Below, piece by piece: positions 40,829 to 52,723 of a stretch of 64,000 nucleotides of DNA. The DNA comes from Ostrea edulis. Lineage: Eukaryota. Position numbers and translations under genes: made by a program. The notes under the pieces are model-generated. The model did not search any database. It was not told the origin of the DNA and saw nothing but the letters and a program-made list of their open reading frames with translations. The stretch lies in contig NC_079166.1 of the NCBI RefSeq assembly GCF_947568905.1, forward strand, positions 59,272,001 to 59,336,000, read 5' to 3'. Positions within the stretch are counted from its first letter, which is position 1. Every line of letters starts with the position of its first letter.

Positions 40829-42259
40829 GCAAGATGAAGATAACGAACAGTGATCAATCTCATAACTCCTAAAAGCAATACAAAATAGATAGTAGGGCAA
40901 ACACGGACCCCTGTACACACCAGAGGTGGGATCAGGTGCCTAGGAAAAGTAAACACCCCCTGTTGACCGGTCACACCCGCTGTGTGCCCTATATCCTGAT
41001 CAGGTAAACGGAATAACCCGCAGTCAAAATCGATGTGTCAAGAACGGCGTAACAATCGGTATGAAACCCGTCAGACAGCATTTGACCCAATGCGAGGTTG
41101 TATTGACGAACTAGATCGTTATAACGACCATAGAATTTGCGAAATGCTGACTTCAATCGAGACTGTTGAAACCCCTGTACCATCAACTTGTTTGTCAGTA
41201 GCTTACCTCGATTTAAAACCTGACTATACGCAGAACAAGGTCTTGCATATCGAATCAGTTGAGATATATAAACACCGTATGCAGGTGATAATGGAATATT
41301 GCTACATAAATATGGGAAGTTGACGATGGAGAAGCTGAAATCATCCCGTTTGTCAAACAGTTGAGTTGTCAGTTTACCGTTAATGTATATTTTCAATAAA
41401 ATATCTAAGTATGAAATAGAAGTGGACGACTCTGTGGTGTCCTTTATTTCGAGCTCACAGGGATATATCAAATCAACATATGAATGAAAGCTATTATTGT
41501 TAATAGACAAAACGTCATCGATATATCGAAATGTCGAATTGAAGGCCACAGCGAAAGATTTTTTCTTCTCACGTAGAAGTTTTTGAATAAATTCTGCTTC
41601 ATATGAATATAGAAACAGGTCAGCTAACAAAGGAGCACAATTCGTACCCATGGGAATTCCAATAGACCGTTGGAAGACCTGATCACCAAAGACCACGAAG
41701 ATATTGTCAATGAGGAACTCTAGCATATTTTTTATTTCAACTTCAGAGTACTCGTGCGTGGAATCAGAGTGGTGTTTAACAAAGTAAGTTTTTGAATGAC
41801 TGATCACTAGATATGAATATTTCCGTTTTCCGTTTTCGTTGAAGAAGCAACTGTCTATGATGTCAAAAGGTCTAGTCTTTAATTTATCGTGAGGAATGGT
41901 CGTGTATAGTGTTGAAAAGTCATAGGTTTTAATGATTTGGGAAAAATTCTGCGATTTCAAGTTTATTAAAATTTCTTTAAAATTTCTTAGAATCCACATT
42001 TGATTAACGCCACTTCTTGCATATGTAGTCACAGCTGTTAATATTTTCGTGTGGAGCAAAGATAGGGGCTTGGTAGAGCACTTACTGAATCCTGCAATGT
42101 ATCTTTGTTTGTAAGAGTTTTGATGTAGTTTAGGAATCTAGTATAGGTACGGTAACTCATATGCATTCGACCCATTGACTGAAGCATGGGTTTGAAGAAT
42201 TTCATATTTTGAAAGGGCAGTTGGAGTATAAGTATGATTACCAAAAGTGGAATTAGTGC
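40829..42259 (-). mobile_element. 5'-truncated Penelope-like retroelement (probably Naiad clade) with RT domain
   Basis: LPYLY*IPKLH..RYIAG, YDFSTLYTTIPH, GIPMGTNCAPLLADLFLYSYE, FRYIDDVL, SYLD, DKRDDF..PLSPAYGVYISQLIRY. No C-terminal GIY-YIG, consistent with N-terminal-endonuclease Naiads. Empty site at ~8427 in the duplicate segment. TAG at 42138-42140. Confidence 0.9.
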
Positions 42260-43369
42260 CACACGTTAACATCACATTACTTATCTTATGATGAAGGTAT
42301 GGGCCCAAAACAATATTGCATTATTGATGCTTTGAGCGCGCTTCTGGGACGGGCGTTTGCTCAGTGATTTCGTAACCGCACACCTTCAGGAGCTAAATGA
42401 GGCAATGTGTGATATTCCAAAACCACGATGATGCGAAAACTTTAGATTATAGTCAGTTAGTACAAAAAGATTTTTGCAATAAATCAAGTTTTATGACTCT
42501 GTCGTTGTAACGGACATCGTTGCCACACAGAGAGAGCAAAAAAAAAACACTTTTCTGACTATCACGCTTTCACTTGTCCAATGAGGCAAAAGAAAATATT
42601 GCATTTTCAATGTCTTTACCTGACATGTTTAAATCACCGAAATCATTACTTTCAATGTGAAGAAAACAAATGTATTTTTCAGCCGCAAAGTTCGTGAAGT
42701 TGGCGAATTTGCTAGCTCAGTAGCGGTATGATCGTCAGTCATCATCTCCCTCGAAATAAAACAGAAAGCTGTGATGTGTATAAGCATAAATTGACATGAT
42801 ACGGTGTTGGAAAAAAACCCACACTAAAATATCGTAAACGACACATAAATGAGTGTCTGATAATCACTACTTTCAAGCATTCCGCAGCCACTTTGACCTA
42901 CATCTTGGACTGTCGACACAGCGTGCTTCTATTTATAGATGTACAGAATCCAGATTTCGATTAAGGTTTAACAAATTTAATTGCAAATTACGTGGGGATA
43001 TGCACTTAAAATCACTACAAATTAATCCGTAGGAGTTTGCATAAGTATCAATTCTCAAACAAATTACGGTAATTAACTGTTGAAAGCGCAAATTTAGATA
43101 ATTATGATGATGGAAATTCCGATGCTTGAAACCAAAGGAAACATTGAATTGAAATACCTCCTGAATAATTAATTGTTTGATTGGTCAGTGACATCGTATA
43201 GCAGTCAGTTTTATGAGGCATTACAGGGGGAAAGGATAAAAATCATAAAACTATAATAATCTACGGTACATGAATACGAACTTACAAAATTTTAATATAA
43301 AACAAGTCAGTGTATCAATAAATGTTTGTTTATAGGAAAAAGAAAATAACTTATAATTATCTGGGTTTT

Positions 43370-43559
43370 ATTTTTGTTTATTTATTTGTTTGTTTGTTTC
43401 ACGTCCTGTCGAGTATTTTTCACTCATTTTGAGATGTCACCAGTTGTAGGTGAAGTACCTAACGTTCAGACCTATGTTTAGTGCTTATGACCATAGCAGT
43501 GAGGGTTCATCAACTTCTCATATTTATGTAGCAATATTCTATTATCACCTACACATGGT

Positions 43560-43631
<72 letters not shown>

Positions 43632-44283
43632 CAACTGATTCGATACATGCCAGCTTCCTCTGCATATGATCAGTTTTAAATCGAAGCACGCTACCAACAA
43701 ACAAGTTGATGTTACAGGAGTTTCAACAGTCTCGTTTAAAGTCAGCATTTCGCAGAATCTATGGCCGTTTTAATGATCTAGTATGTCAATTCAACGTATC
43801 ATTCAGTCAAATACTGACTGACGTGTGTAATACCGATTGTTAGACCGTTCTTACGTCAGTGATTTTGACTACATATTAGTCCGTTTACGTGATGAATATA
43901 TACGGCTCAAGGCGCGTGTGACCGGTAAACAAGGGTTGTTTGCTCTCCCCAGGCACCTCATCCCACCTCTGGTATGTCAAAGAGTCTGCGTTAGTCCAAT
44001 TTTCTATTCCTTATATGTCATTGAGTCTTGCAATCGACCACTAATCATCATATTCACTTTTCTTAACGCATCAACGCCTACAGTAACACTGGAATTCCGT
44101 TTTTAAGGTCGTATCTGAAAAAACTCATGAATCTCACTTTTAAATGCTAGTGTTTGGCTGAACTAGTAATCACTACCTATGTTTACGTCTTAAATTTGAC
44201 GTGATCATGACACTAGCGGGGCTCAAACTCATGAACTCCCTGTTACCTAGCGAACGCTTTACCACTAGGCTACAACGACCGGT
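43370..44283 (-). mobile_element. Full tRNA-SINE (Meta/Deu-type) split by a Penelope-like insertion
   Basis: Head at 44283-44063 (A box TAGCCTAGTGG, B box GAGTTTGAGCCCC, GACCTTAAAAACGG..GTAGGCG..TAAGAA) resumes as GAACCCTCACTGCT at 43509-43370 with a (CAAA)n tail. Confidence 0.8.
43511..44062 (+). mobile_element. Older Penelope-like fragment containing an internal (TA)~34 expansion (43563-43631)
   Basis: RT codons NF(P)YLCSNI..G-V-Y-(TA)n-Q-L-I-R-Y continue across the microsatellite, followed by the 3' UTR. Confidence 0.85.
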
Positions 44284-44440
44284 CTAGTATTTTGTAGATG
44301 TATAATATATTTGATGATTAAACATTACTTTTAAGAGGAAATAATGTAAATATACTATAGTCAATTGCAAGTACGACTTTGTGTATTTGTTACATTATAG
44401 TATTCTATGTTACATCATAGCTAAAGAATAGAAAGTGCAC

Positions 44441-44617
44441 CTGTATATTCACATTGATATGACAATGTTGCCCATTTCCCTCCTGGCACACACGAGATTG
44501 TATTACTGCTTCCGACACCAATGTAACCACTGTCACATTCGAAAGTCAATAGCGGAGGAGAAAATGTCTGTTTTACGATCGTCCCGTTTCTCAAAACTGG
44601 AACGGAGTCATCACAAC
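44441..44617 (-). CDS. Gene B exon 3: Sushi/CCP domain
   Basis: caag|G..CAG|gtgc, 177 bp, phase 1-1; CDDSVPVLRNGTIV..FECDSGYIGVGSSNTISCVPGGKWATLSYQC. Confidence 0.9.
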
Positions 44618-44775
44618 CTTGGGAAATACATTGAAGATCATTTGTCCAAAAGTGCGATGGGTTGATTTTCATAAATATGAAATAAGTAAAAATTGATATA
44701 ATTTATTTGAGCATTGAGCAACATTGATTTGTCATTATATTGATACATTACTGTTGTTGTAGTTCAAGACTATAC

Positions 44776-44872
44776 CTATAGCGAGGCAGACATATTTCTT
44801 GAATTTTGTGCGCACACATTTGGAATAGTGGTTGCATCGAAGATCCCCACATCTTTTATTTCGAAAGTCAAA
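44776..44872 (-). CDS. Gene B exon 2: short 4-Cys (truncated EGF-like) module
   Basis: gtag|TTT..ATAG|gtat, 97 bp, phase 0-1; FDFRNKRCGDLRCNHYSKCVRTKFKKYVCLAI. Confidence 0.85.
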
Positions 44873-45121
44873 CTACAAACAAGGACAATATGTATACAAC
44901 ATACTGTACATACACGTTGATATATAACATTTCCTGTCAGGTGATTATCATAAAACTAGATTTCATACAGATTTAATCAGTTATATTTATCTATCACCTA
45001 ACTAGAATCAGCAACTATGCAGACGATGGCTTGATACATCTGCTGCAATACAATAATAATGCAGATAAAGAACTCGTTATTAGATAATCCACTTTGTGGA
45101 AATCAAACATTTGGTACTTAC

Positions 45122-45435
45122 AATGTCTGGTATGTCCTTGTAGATAAAATCCCCATCATCTACTAAATATAAGGTTTCGTTTCTCTTTTGACTGTTCAAT
45201 TCGCATGTAAACTGTATACGGTTGAAATTGATGGACAGACAAATTGCATACGCTTCACATTGTTTGAAACACGAATATATATACCAACATTGAATAACAC
45301 TGTAAATGGTACTACTGGCAGTCTCTTACTTATGTAACGATCACCACTGGGTGGAATGCACACATCCTTAGCAAGAGCATGTTGGAATGTAAAGAAAACT
45401 ATCGAAACAAATCTAATAAATGTCTTACTATACAT
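45122..45435 (-). pseudogene. Gene B exon 1: signal peptide + PAN/apple domain with +2 frameshift
   Basis: MYSKTFIRFVSIVFFTFQHALA.. then SCFKQCEAYAICLSINFNRIQFTCELN..KDIPDI|gtaagt in another frame; 314 bp versus 312 bp in gene A; extra AT in the run at 45275-45283. Confidence 0.85.
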
Positions 45436-46196
45436 GGTACGTTTTCAAATGACTGGACATATTTTAAATGAATTTGCAATACGTGTTTACATTGATTTCT
45501 GTCTATCAACATCTATTTTGAAATTCAAACCACCATCCAAAGAAAAATTGATTTTATTTTTCGAAAAACTCATTTCCTGGATACTGCATTGTCTTGGAAA
45601 TGAATGTATAATGATAATTTCAATTCAACGACATATTTTCTTTCAAAACGCAAACCCGGTAAAATTCGATAATTCATGCATTTGATATTATATATCAACT
45701 TACTTCCGTAATTCAAAAACAATGCAATACTGATAATATATACATGTAATTGATTAGAACACTACCATGAACTAACATATGGATTTTAGTTGTAGTTAGT
45801 AAAGTATAAGTCGATTTTACTTGTAACACAAAATGTAATGGCTGAGTATATTGGGAAAATTGAAAATGTATAATAGGTATAAGTAAACGCCCCTCGACAA
45901 GACGGTACTACTAATTTTACGTCACAGCACTGTGTATTTGTACACCTTCTATTAAATAGAAAATCAAAGGAATAAAACGTACACAATAAAGTACTCTTGT
46001 TAGATATTTGTTTTCTCGATGTGAAACAAGATGTATGCAGATGTATTTTCTTACGTGTAAGCACACAAAATCTAACAATAAAAATGCCATACAATCTCCG
46101 ATACAACGATACCATATGCTAAATAATGGCATATTAAACACTGACAACATTTACTGTTTCATTATAGAATATATTTTTACTTTAGGAGATTGCTTG

Positions 46197-46435
46197 ATAC
46201 GCCTATGAAACATAAAATGCGCCATGTATCTTGCAAAATATACCAAATGACATCACGTCACATCGATCGCAATCTCTGAATTTCATGAAGTTTACTATAT
46301 CGGATTCATTTGACAACGATGCTGCATGCTATGTTTATCTATAATGTAGTTCAAAACTTTTATAAAATAAAAAAAACCTGCAAATTATATAGCATTTTCT
46401 GGTACATGGCGCATTTTGTGTGATGTCAGGCCTAA
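46197..46435. mobile_element. Small MITE-like element
   Basis: Inverted AAAATGCGCCATGTA / TACATGGCGCATTTT near the two ends. Confidence 0.55.
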
Positions 46436-46983
46436 ATAAAAAAAATGAAAATAAATACATTCTAGTATTTTCTGTCGGGGCGATTTAAAAGTCGATGTCA
46501 CGCTGTTTAGTAAACAATACGCCTACATGTCATCTATACATACTTTCTGATTTGTTGCAAACCCCACCTTGTGTTTTTAAATTTGATCAATGAAATACAT
46601 ACTCCGGTTATGGGAAAACCCAAGATGGGAGATTTCTCGGTCGGCTAAATGAATCCTTGCGCGGTGCAAGTGATACCACTATTTACCAGTGTTTACTTAC
46701 TTTTCTTATAAACGAATGCTTGTACAGTGTAGTTTTCTTTTTCCGTATCAAATTATAAGAAATGGAGCTACTTTGACCTTTGTTATATTTACCTATACTT
46801 GTTGCTGGTATATGTACTAGTTAACATCACTATATCGAATTTCTGAACATTAATACCTAAGTTATGTAACAGAAATAATCATCATTGGTGGGAATAAATG
46901 ACAGTTTCAATGGAAAACGAATCAAATTTGACCAAACATTCTCAAAATGTGACATAAAGAACTGCCCAAAGGTACACATAACA

Positions 46984-47425
46984 ATGCAAATCACGAACAG
47001 TAACAAATGTCATATATGTGTAACTGCGACAAAGAATACAAAGTTTAGAATAGAGCAAATATGAACCTCTGGACACATTAGCGGTGGTATCAGGTGCCTA
47101 GGAGGAATAAGCATCTCTTCTCAACCAATCACACACGCCGTGAACCCTATATCTTGATCAGGTAAACGCAGTAATCCGTGGTCGAAATCAGGATATGAAA
47201 GCGGTCTAACAAATGGTATGAAACGCGTCAGACAGCATTTAACCTAATGACAGATTGTATTTGTATTTGTAGATTAGATCACAATAACGACCATACAATT
47301 TGCGATATGGTGACATTAAATGAGACTGTTGAAACCTTTGTAACATTAACACATTTGTTAGTAGCCTGTTTCGATTAAAATTCCAGCACAGAACATGCTC
47401 TTGTGTATCGAACCATGTATTAAAC
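46984..47425 (-). mobile_element. Diverged Penelope-like fragment
   Basis: Colinear with 40829-41260. Confidence 0.85.
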
Positions 47426-47774
47426 GAACTATTTACAATCCTCGCTAGAAAAAACCCAGATAAAAGCGTCTTGTGTTTGGTGTATATTGTCTGTTCAATG
47501 TGTGACTACACAGACGAAAACGAGACTCAAGAAAACTGATAGATCAAGCAGAATATCAACTGTAGGCAGACATAGTGTAGTCCAAGTGAGCGAAGTTAAA
47601 ATGCCAGTCAAGATCAAAAGTAGACAACTCAATGACTCCCTTTGCGCTATAATATATGATATCAGCTTCAAGTTTTAAATTTAGTTAAATAAATTCTGTA
47701 TATTTTTCTTCACACCTACAACACTTATATTGCAAATTACCCATTACCGATTTCAATTTGTTTCAAATTTACTG

Positions 47775-47776
<2 letters not shown>

Positions 47777-47814
<38 letters not shown>
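47777..47814. repeat. (TA)n microsatellite
   Basis: Directly visible. Confidence 0.95.
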
Positions 47815-47816
<2 letters not shown>

Positions 47817-49315
47817 AAAATGAAGAAGACAAGGAAAAACAAGAACCCAAAGGTCAATGAAATGAAATGGTGATGGAAAGTCTTCTTGGCATTTCACTGC
47901 TCTGTTTTTAAGGAAACTGTGGTTTCAATATACGTAGAATGTTTTCAAAGTTTGCGGAAATATTTGCTACACGGCAAGGAGAAAAATAGTAATCCACGAT
48001 ATTTATTGGAGATGGCTTATATATATTTAAATAGCTTGTATATTTCGCTGTTGCATTTTAAAGAACATTTACCTCCTACGAATAATAATGCTTGAAAAAT
48101 AACTGCGTTATACAAGGAGGTATAATCATGGCTTTGGTTATATCACAAGAGTAATTCAACAAATAACACAGAGGGGTTTAGTATATAAACAAAATTTAAT
48201 GTACATTTGCAGTGAAGATGTAAAGTAATATTCGATTATTTGAATGTCATATCCCTCGACTTATTTGAAAATTAGATATTCGATAAAGGAGGATAGAACA
48301 GGAATTTAACAATTCAAAATGATATTTAAAACGAAATTAGATAGTCGTCATTTCTAAATACACAAGAAAACTTCTCGAAGTTTCTACGATATCATCTGTG
48401 TTTTCGACTTTCTGCTGAAACCGCAGAGAAATAGAATATTTGAACAAATGACTGTGTTAATAAAAGTGTCAAATCATTGCATTTTGTCGGCTTCAATATT
48501 TAAAACCAGGCTAATAAAATATCATAGTTTTTCTTAATAAGTCAATGATTTCATTTTAGAAATATTATATATCAAATATTCAAACGTCTCTTCAACAGGA
48601 CATTGTGTATATATTATCTTTTGCGAGATGTACATATTGATTATATTTCTATTGACTTCGGGGATTTTCCAGCTTTCAATTTTGGATTTATTTCAGGATC
48701 TTTGAAATTGATTATTGTTCATGATATTTACCTTTTCCAGGAAAATCGAATTAGTTAACACACAGAATCAAGGGCTATTTATTGATACTCGTTAGGTCTA
48801 AAGACAGATACAATTTGAATGTGTGCGGTGAAGTTACATGTCCTGTGTGGGTTATGTTCGAAACTCAAACTGGATCCAAAATATGATAAATCTATGACTC
48901 AAACTTTAGATTCAACCAGATCATTTTAAAAATGCTCATATTTCGATGAAAATAGAATATTCAATTCATTCCTTGATATTTATTCTGACAAACATATACA
49001 AAGGCCTATGCTAATTGGTGGAAAAGATTATAGAAGAAACTTACGAAAAATTAATGTGCGGGAAAAAAATCCACGACCGGATGTAAGCATTTGAAAAAAC
49101 ATCGAAGTGTATCTGGTTGTTCAGTCTGGATGCATATTTCGGCTCTGACCAGAACGCATACATATAGGTACAACAGACGTACGGCAGGCATACCGACGGC
49201 CTGAGGGGATAGTTTATGTACCTACCGGTCTCATGGTAGACGTTATTCAAAGCGAGTAGTGGCTTTATGTAAAGCTAAGAATGGAGTCAGCCATGTTTCA
49301 ATTTTAAAACAACAG

Positions 49316-49484
49316 TTATTCGCACGTGACACCTGCGTCTTCGTAATGGTAACAATTATGACTTCCTATGTTAAGATGTTTACACTCCAGAAGATGGTCC
49401 TCAGATCCAGAACAATTCACATTATCTAACCATATAGGACCTGATCCTTTTCCAAAATAAGCCAGATATCTAGGTGTTGCTAGT
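49316..49484 (-). CDS. Gene A exon 5: C-terminal half of SRCR domain + stop
   Basis: tttag|ACTA..; [55 protein letters not shown]; 169 bp, same as gene B. Confidence 0.92.
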
Positions 49485-49576
49485 CTAAAAGGAAAGACAC
49501 AAAACATATCTCAATAATAATGATTTGATAGACAATTTTCATCTCAACAATATATATTTTTTTATCAATGAATTAC

Positions 49577-49718
49577 CCTATATATCCTAACATCGTACAG
49601 ACCACCGATGCTTCCGTTTCTGTCCAGTTGTCGTCGCAAATTGTTCCCCACGTGCTGTTAATGTAAATTTCTACTCTGCCTTCACTTGGTGAAGTTCCAT
49701 TCTCTAAACGCAGGGGAC
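49577..49718 (-). CDS. Gene A exon 4: N-terminal half of SRCR domain
   Basis: acag|GT..GG|gtaatt; [48 protein letters not shown]. Confidence 0.92.
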
Positions 49719-49734
49719 CTGTTTTGCATGAAGA

Positions 49735-50960
49735 TATGAAAGGTGAAGATGACGAACGGTGATGAATCTCGTAACTTCTATGAGGAATTCAGAATAGAGA
49801 GTTGGACAAATACAGACACCTGGACTAAAGTTGGGTACCGCAGAAAATAAAAGTACCGCGGTATACCGTGGTATTTGCAAAATACCGCGGTACATACCAC
49901 GGTATACCGCAGATTTAATCTTTTAATTGTATGATTCAGTTTTAGTGGATTTTAGTTGTGATTTATTGTATATAATGAGCTGTTATTAGTTCATTGATTG
50001 TAAATTGCATTTAATTTATTCAAATATCAATGATAAGGAAAATGTCTTATTTAAATCTTAAACAAGTTAACAGAACAAAAGTTTAATCCAAGTTTAATCC
50101 AAACTTAAAAGTACATTGTACATACAATATCGCAGTGTCTCTGTATCATGACTAGAATCGAATGTGACTAGATTAATGACTGGAACGACTATCAAAATAA
50201 TTAATAGGGGAAACCTGTGGATTTTATTTGACACGATCTCAAAGTCTAGAAGTTCTTAGAGTCGCGAATGACGAGAACTTCTACATGTAAAATACGCCTG
50301 TCCACTTCTCTAAAGAGAATAACGAGAACATGTGCGCACGAACATGTTCTTGTTCTTCGACCACAATTCCTACATTCTTGCACCTCAAACCCATTAACTC
50401 GGCGTTCAGAATCGGCAGAAATTTGTACTCGCACGACGCACGGTGGTGTCGAACGCACAAGTCTGCATCTGCCATTTTATTTATTTTTTTACTTGGGGTT
50501 TACCTAATAGGCGGAAATGGTATTCGACCCGCATAAACCAAACAACATAAAAACAATTTTTATAATCTACCTTATATATTAAGATAATAACTTAATGAAA
50601 TGTTTTCTATTATTTTTTTGTTTAATTTTGATGTTTTCATATCATTAATAATCAAATCATTGCGTTTTATACTTCGTATGTTTTACCGATAGTGTACAGT
50701 TATTAGACTTACCTTTCATTACATCACCACGAGGGAACGATGTAAATAAAGTGAGTCACTGCGTACACAAATTTCTTTAATTATCAGACTTGAATATACC
50801 AGTATTTCGCCTCGTGTACCGCGGTACATACCGGTACCAGAAAAAATACCGGTACACCGGTATACCGGTAATACCGCGCATCTCTAACCTGGACACACCA
50901 GGGTCGGGATAAGATCCCTGGGAAGAATAAACATCCCCTGCCGACAGGCCACACCTGATA
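49735..50960 (-). mobile_element. Penelope-like 3' fragment (49735-49825 + 50887-50960) split by a hAT insertion
   Basis: Family sequence ..GGACCCCTGGACACACCAG.. resumes on the far side of the insertion. Confidence 0.75.
49826..50886. mobile_element. Non-autonomous hAT-like transposon (1061 bp)
   Basis: 8-bp TSD ACCTGGAC (49818-49825, 50887-50894); ends TAAAGTTG / CATCTCTA; TACCG(C)GGTA subterminal repeats. Confidence 0.8.
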
Positions 50961-50974
50961 CAGTCGCATTAGGA

Positions 50975-51260
50975 ACAGTAGATCAGATAGTACTGGGGTT
51001 TCAGAGGAACAACAAATTAGAGGTTACTGTGGGTTTCAGAGGAACAGTAGATCAGATAGTACTGGGGATTGCAGAGGAACAGCAGATCAGATGTTACTGG
51101 GGGTTTAAGAGGAACAGCAAATCAGATGTTACTGGGGGTTTCAGAGGAATAGCATATCAGAGAGTACTGGGGGTTTCAGAGGAATAGCATATCAGATGTT
51201 ACTGAGGGTTTAAGAGGAACAGAAGATCAGAGAGTACTGGGGGTTTTCAGAGGAACAATA
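50975..51260. repeat. ~35-bp minisatellite (~8 copies)
   Basis: Unit GAGGAACAGCAGATCAGATGTTACTGGGGGTTTCA. Confidence 0.9.
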
Positions 51261-52546
51261 AAAATTTGGAAACCTGGTTCTACATTAAAGGACACCAAAA
51301 TCGAAATGCAGAACTTCGGTAATGTTCATAATAATGAACTTTGAAATGCTGTCAAATTCCTTTAACACCAAACCCAATAAAACGATCACAGTAAAAAGAT
51401 GTACTAAGCAAATGTTAATATTAATCTATATACACAAGGATATTGTAAATGGCCAAACGAAATTGATAAAGAAACACGTTTTTAACAAATGAAAACTCGT
51501 GGTAATAATAGAAAAAAAAGAAACTATCTGATATCTTTATGACGTTAAATACTATGAACTATCGGTATAAATATTGACAATCAAGATACGAATGAAATGT
51601 GAATACTTTTACGAGCTGGTAATGGCAACATTGTACCGATTGAGAGTTTTATACATTGATCTCATTAATTCATCCCCATTCCCATCATCAATAGATTTAA
51701 AATCAATTCATTTTTGTTTTAATTACCGACATATTTCTTTCATCATCGCATTAATAAACCCCCCACTCTAATAATCGATCCCAAAAGAATATCTTTGTAA
51801 TCGATTTTAAGATAATAAGCAATACAAGCTGTAAATAACAATAAATAAGTAGGGAAAATATTTAACATATTTCTTATTGAATATATACACATTCATAGAA
51901 TCAGAGTAAATCTGAAGTAATAAGCCCGTCAAATCAGCAGATAATGTCAATTCATGAATGATTGTCATCCTGGCAATAAGTCCTGTTCGTAATCGCCGAT
52001 GTACTTTGACTTCGGAGGTCACCGGTTCGGGTAAAAGAGAAAGAGAGACAATGAGCACGCGTCCAATTTGTGAACAATTTAACATCCCAATTTTTATAGC
52101 AAATACACTACCGAAGTTTCATTTCAGTGGCACATTAGTGTAAGTAGTACTTTCTTACACTTATAGTAGTTCTTGTCATTCATGAAACAATGTGATATTT
52201 GAAAACAAACGAAACGTGCAGTTACCTATGTCAGTTTCTGTCTTTGTATATACCCTTGGTTTTAGAAACCCGATTATGTTCGGCAATCATCGTTCTCATG
52301 TCCGTGTATACGACGCAATGACGATTTATACGACACGTTCATTGTACTATGCTCTCAAACAAGATTCCGTCTTGTATTTTGGCGATTTTCTCTTCATATG
52401 TTGGGGATTATATCAGTTATACCGATAGGCGTTATTTGGTGCTTAGTTGAATAATAGAAGGGGAAAAAATACCGTCAGTTACAGCTTGTATTGCTTTGAC
52501 ACAGCATTGCGTATTCATTTCTATAGATTTTGAAATACTGACTAAC

Positions 52547-52723
52547 CTGGACGTTCGCAGAGGAAGGATAGAGACGACCAGTTTCTTCCTGGTACACATG
52601 TGGTTGTGTTTATGTGACCTATTGCAATATAACCTTCATTACATCCAAAGGTCACAGAGGGTGGTGAATATGTCTGGTTAATCACGATTCCATTCTCAGG
52701 TAAATGAATGGGTTCAGTACATT
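52547..52723 (-). CDS. Gene A exon 3: Sushi/CCP domain
   Basis: gtag|AA..CCAG|gttagt, 177 bp, phase 1-1; ECTEPIHLPENGIVINQTYSPPSVTFGCNEGYIAIGHINTTTCVPGRNWSSLSFLCERP. Not listed in the supplied ORF track. Confidence 0.9.

Noticed and set aside
40989-42059. 356-aa RT ORF as an intact gene or selenoprotein-type element
   Set aside because: It is 5'-truncated, starts at a non-ATG codon, has an upstream TAG and a ~27-nt deletion relative to 63500-63560, and contains no in-frame TGA.
39046-42259. Repeat array next to a reverse transcriptase as a CRISPR-, retron- or DGR-like system
   Set aside because: The monomers are contiguous diverged tandem units without unique spacers, there are no cas genes, and the context is eukaryotic. 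The duplicate segment has the same array with an empty site, so the RT is a later insertion.
44200-44283. tRNA gene (also 394-470)
   Set aside because: The A/B boxes continue into SINE bodies and there is no complete cloverleaf.
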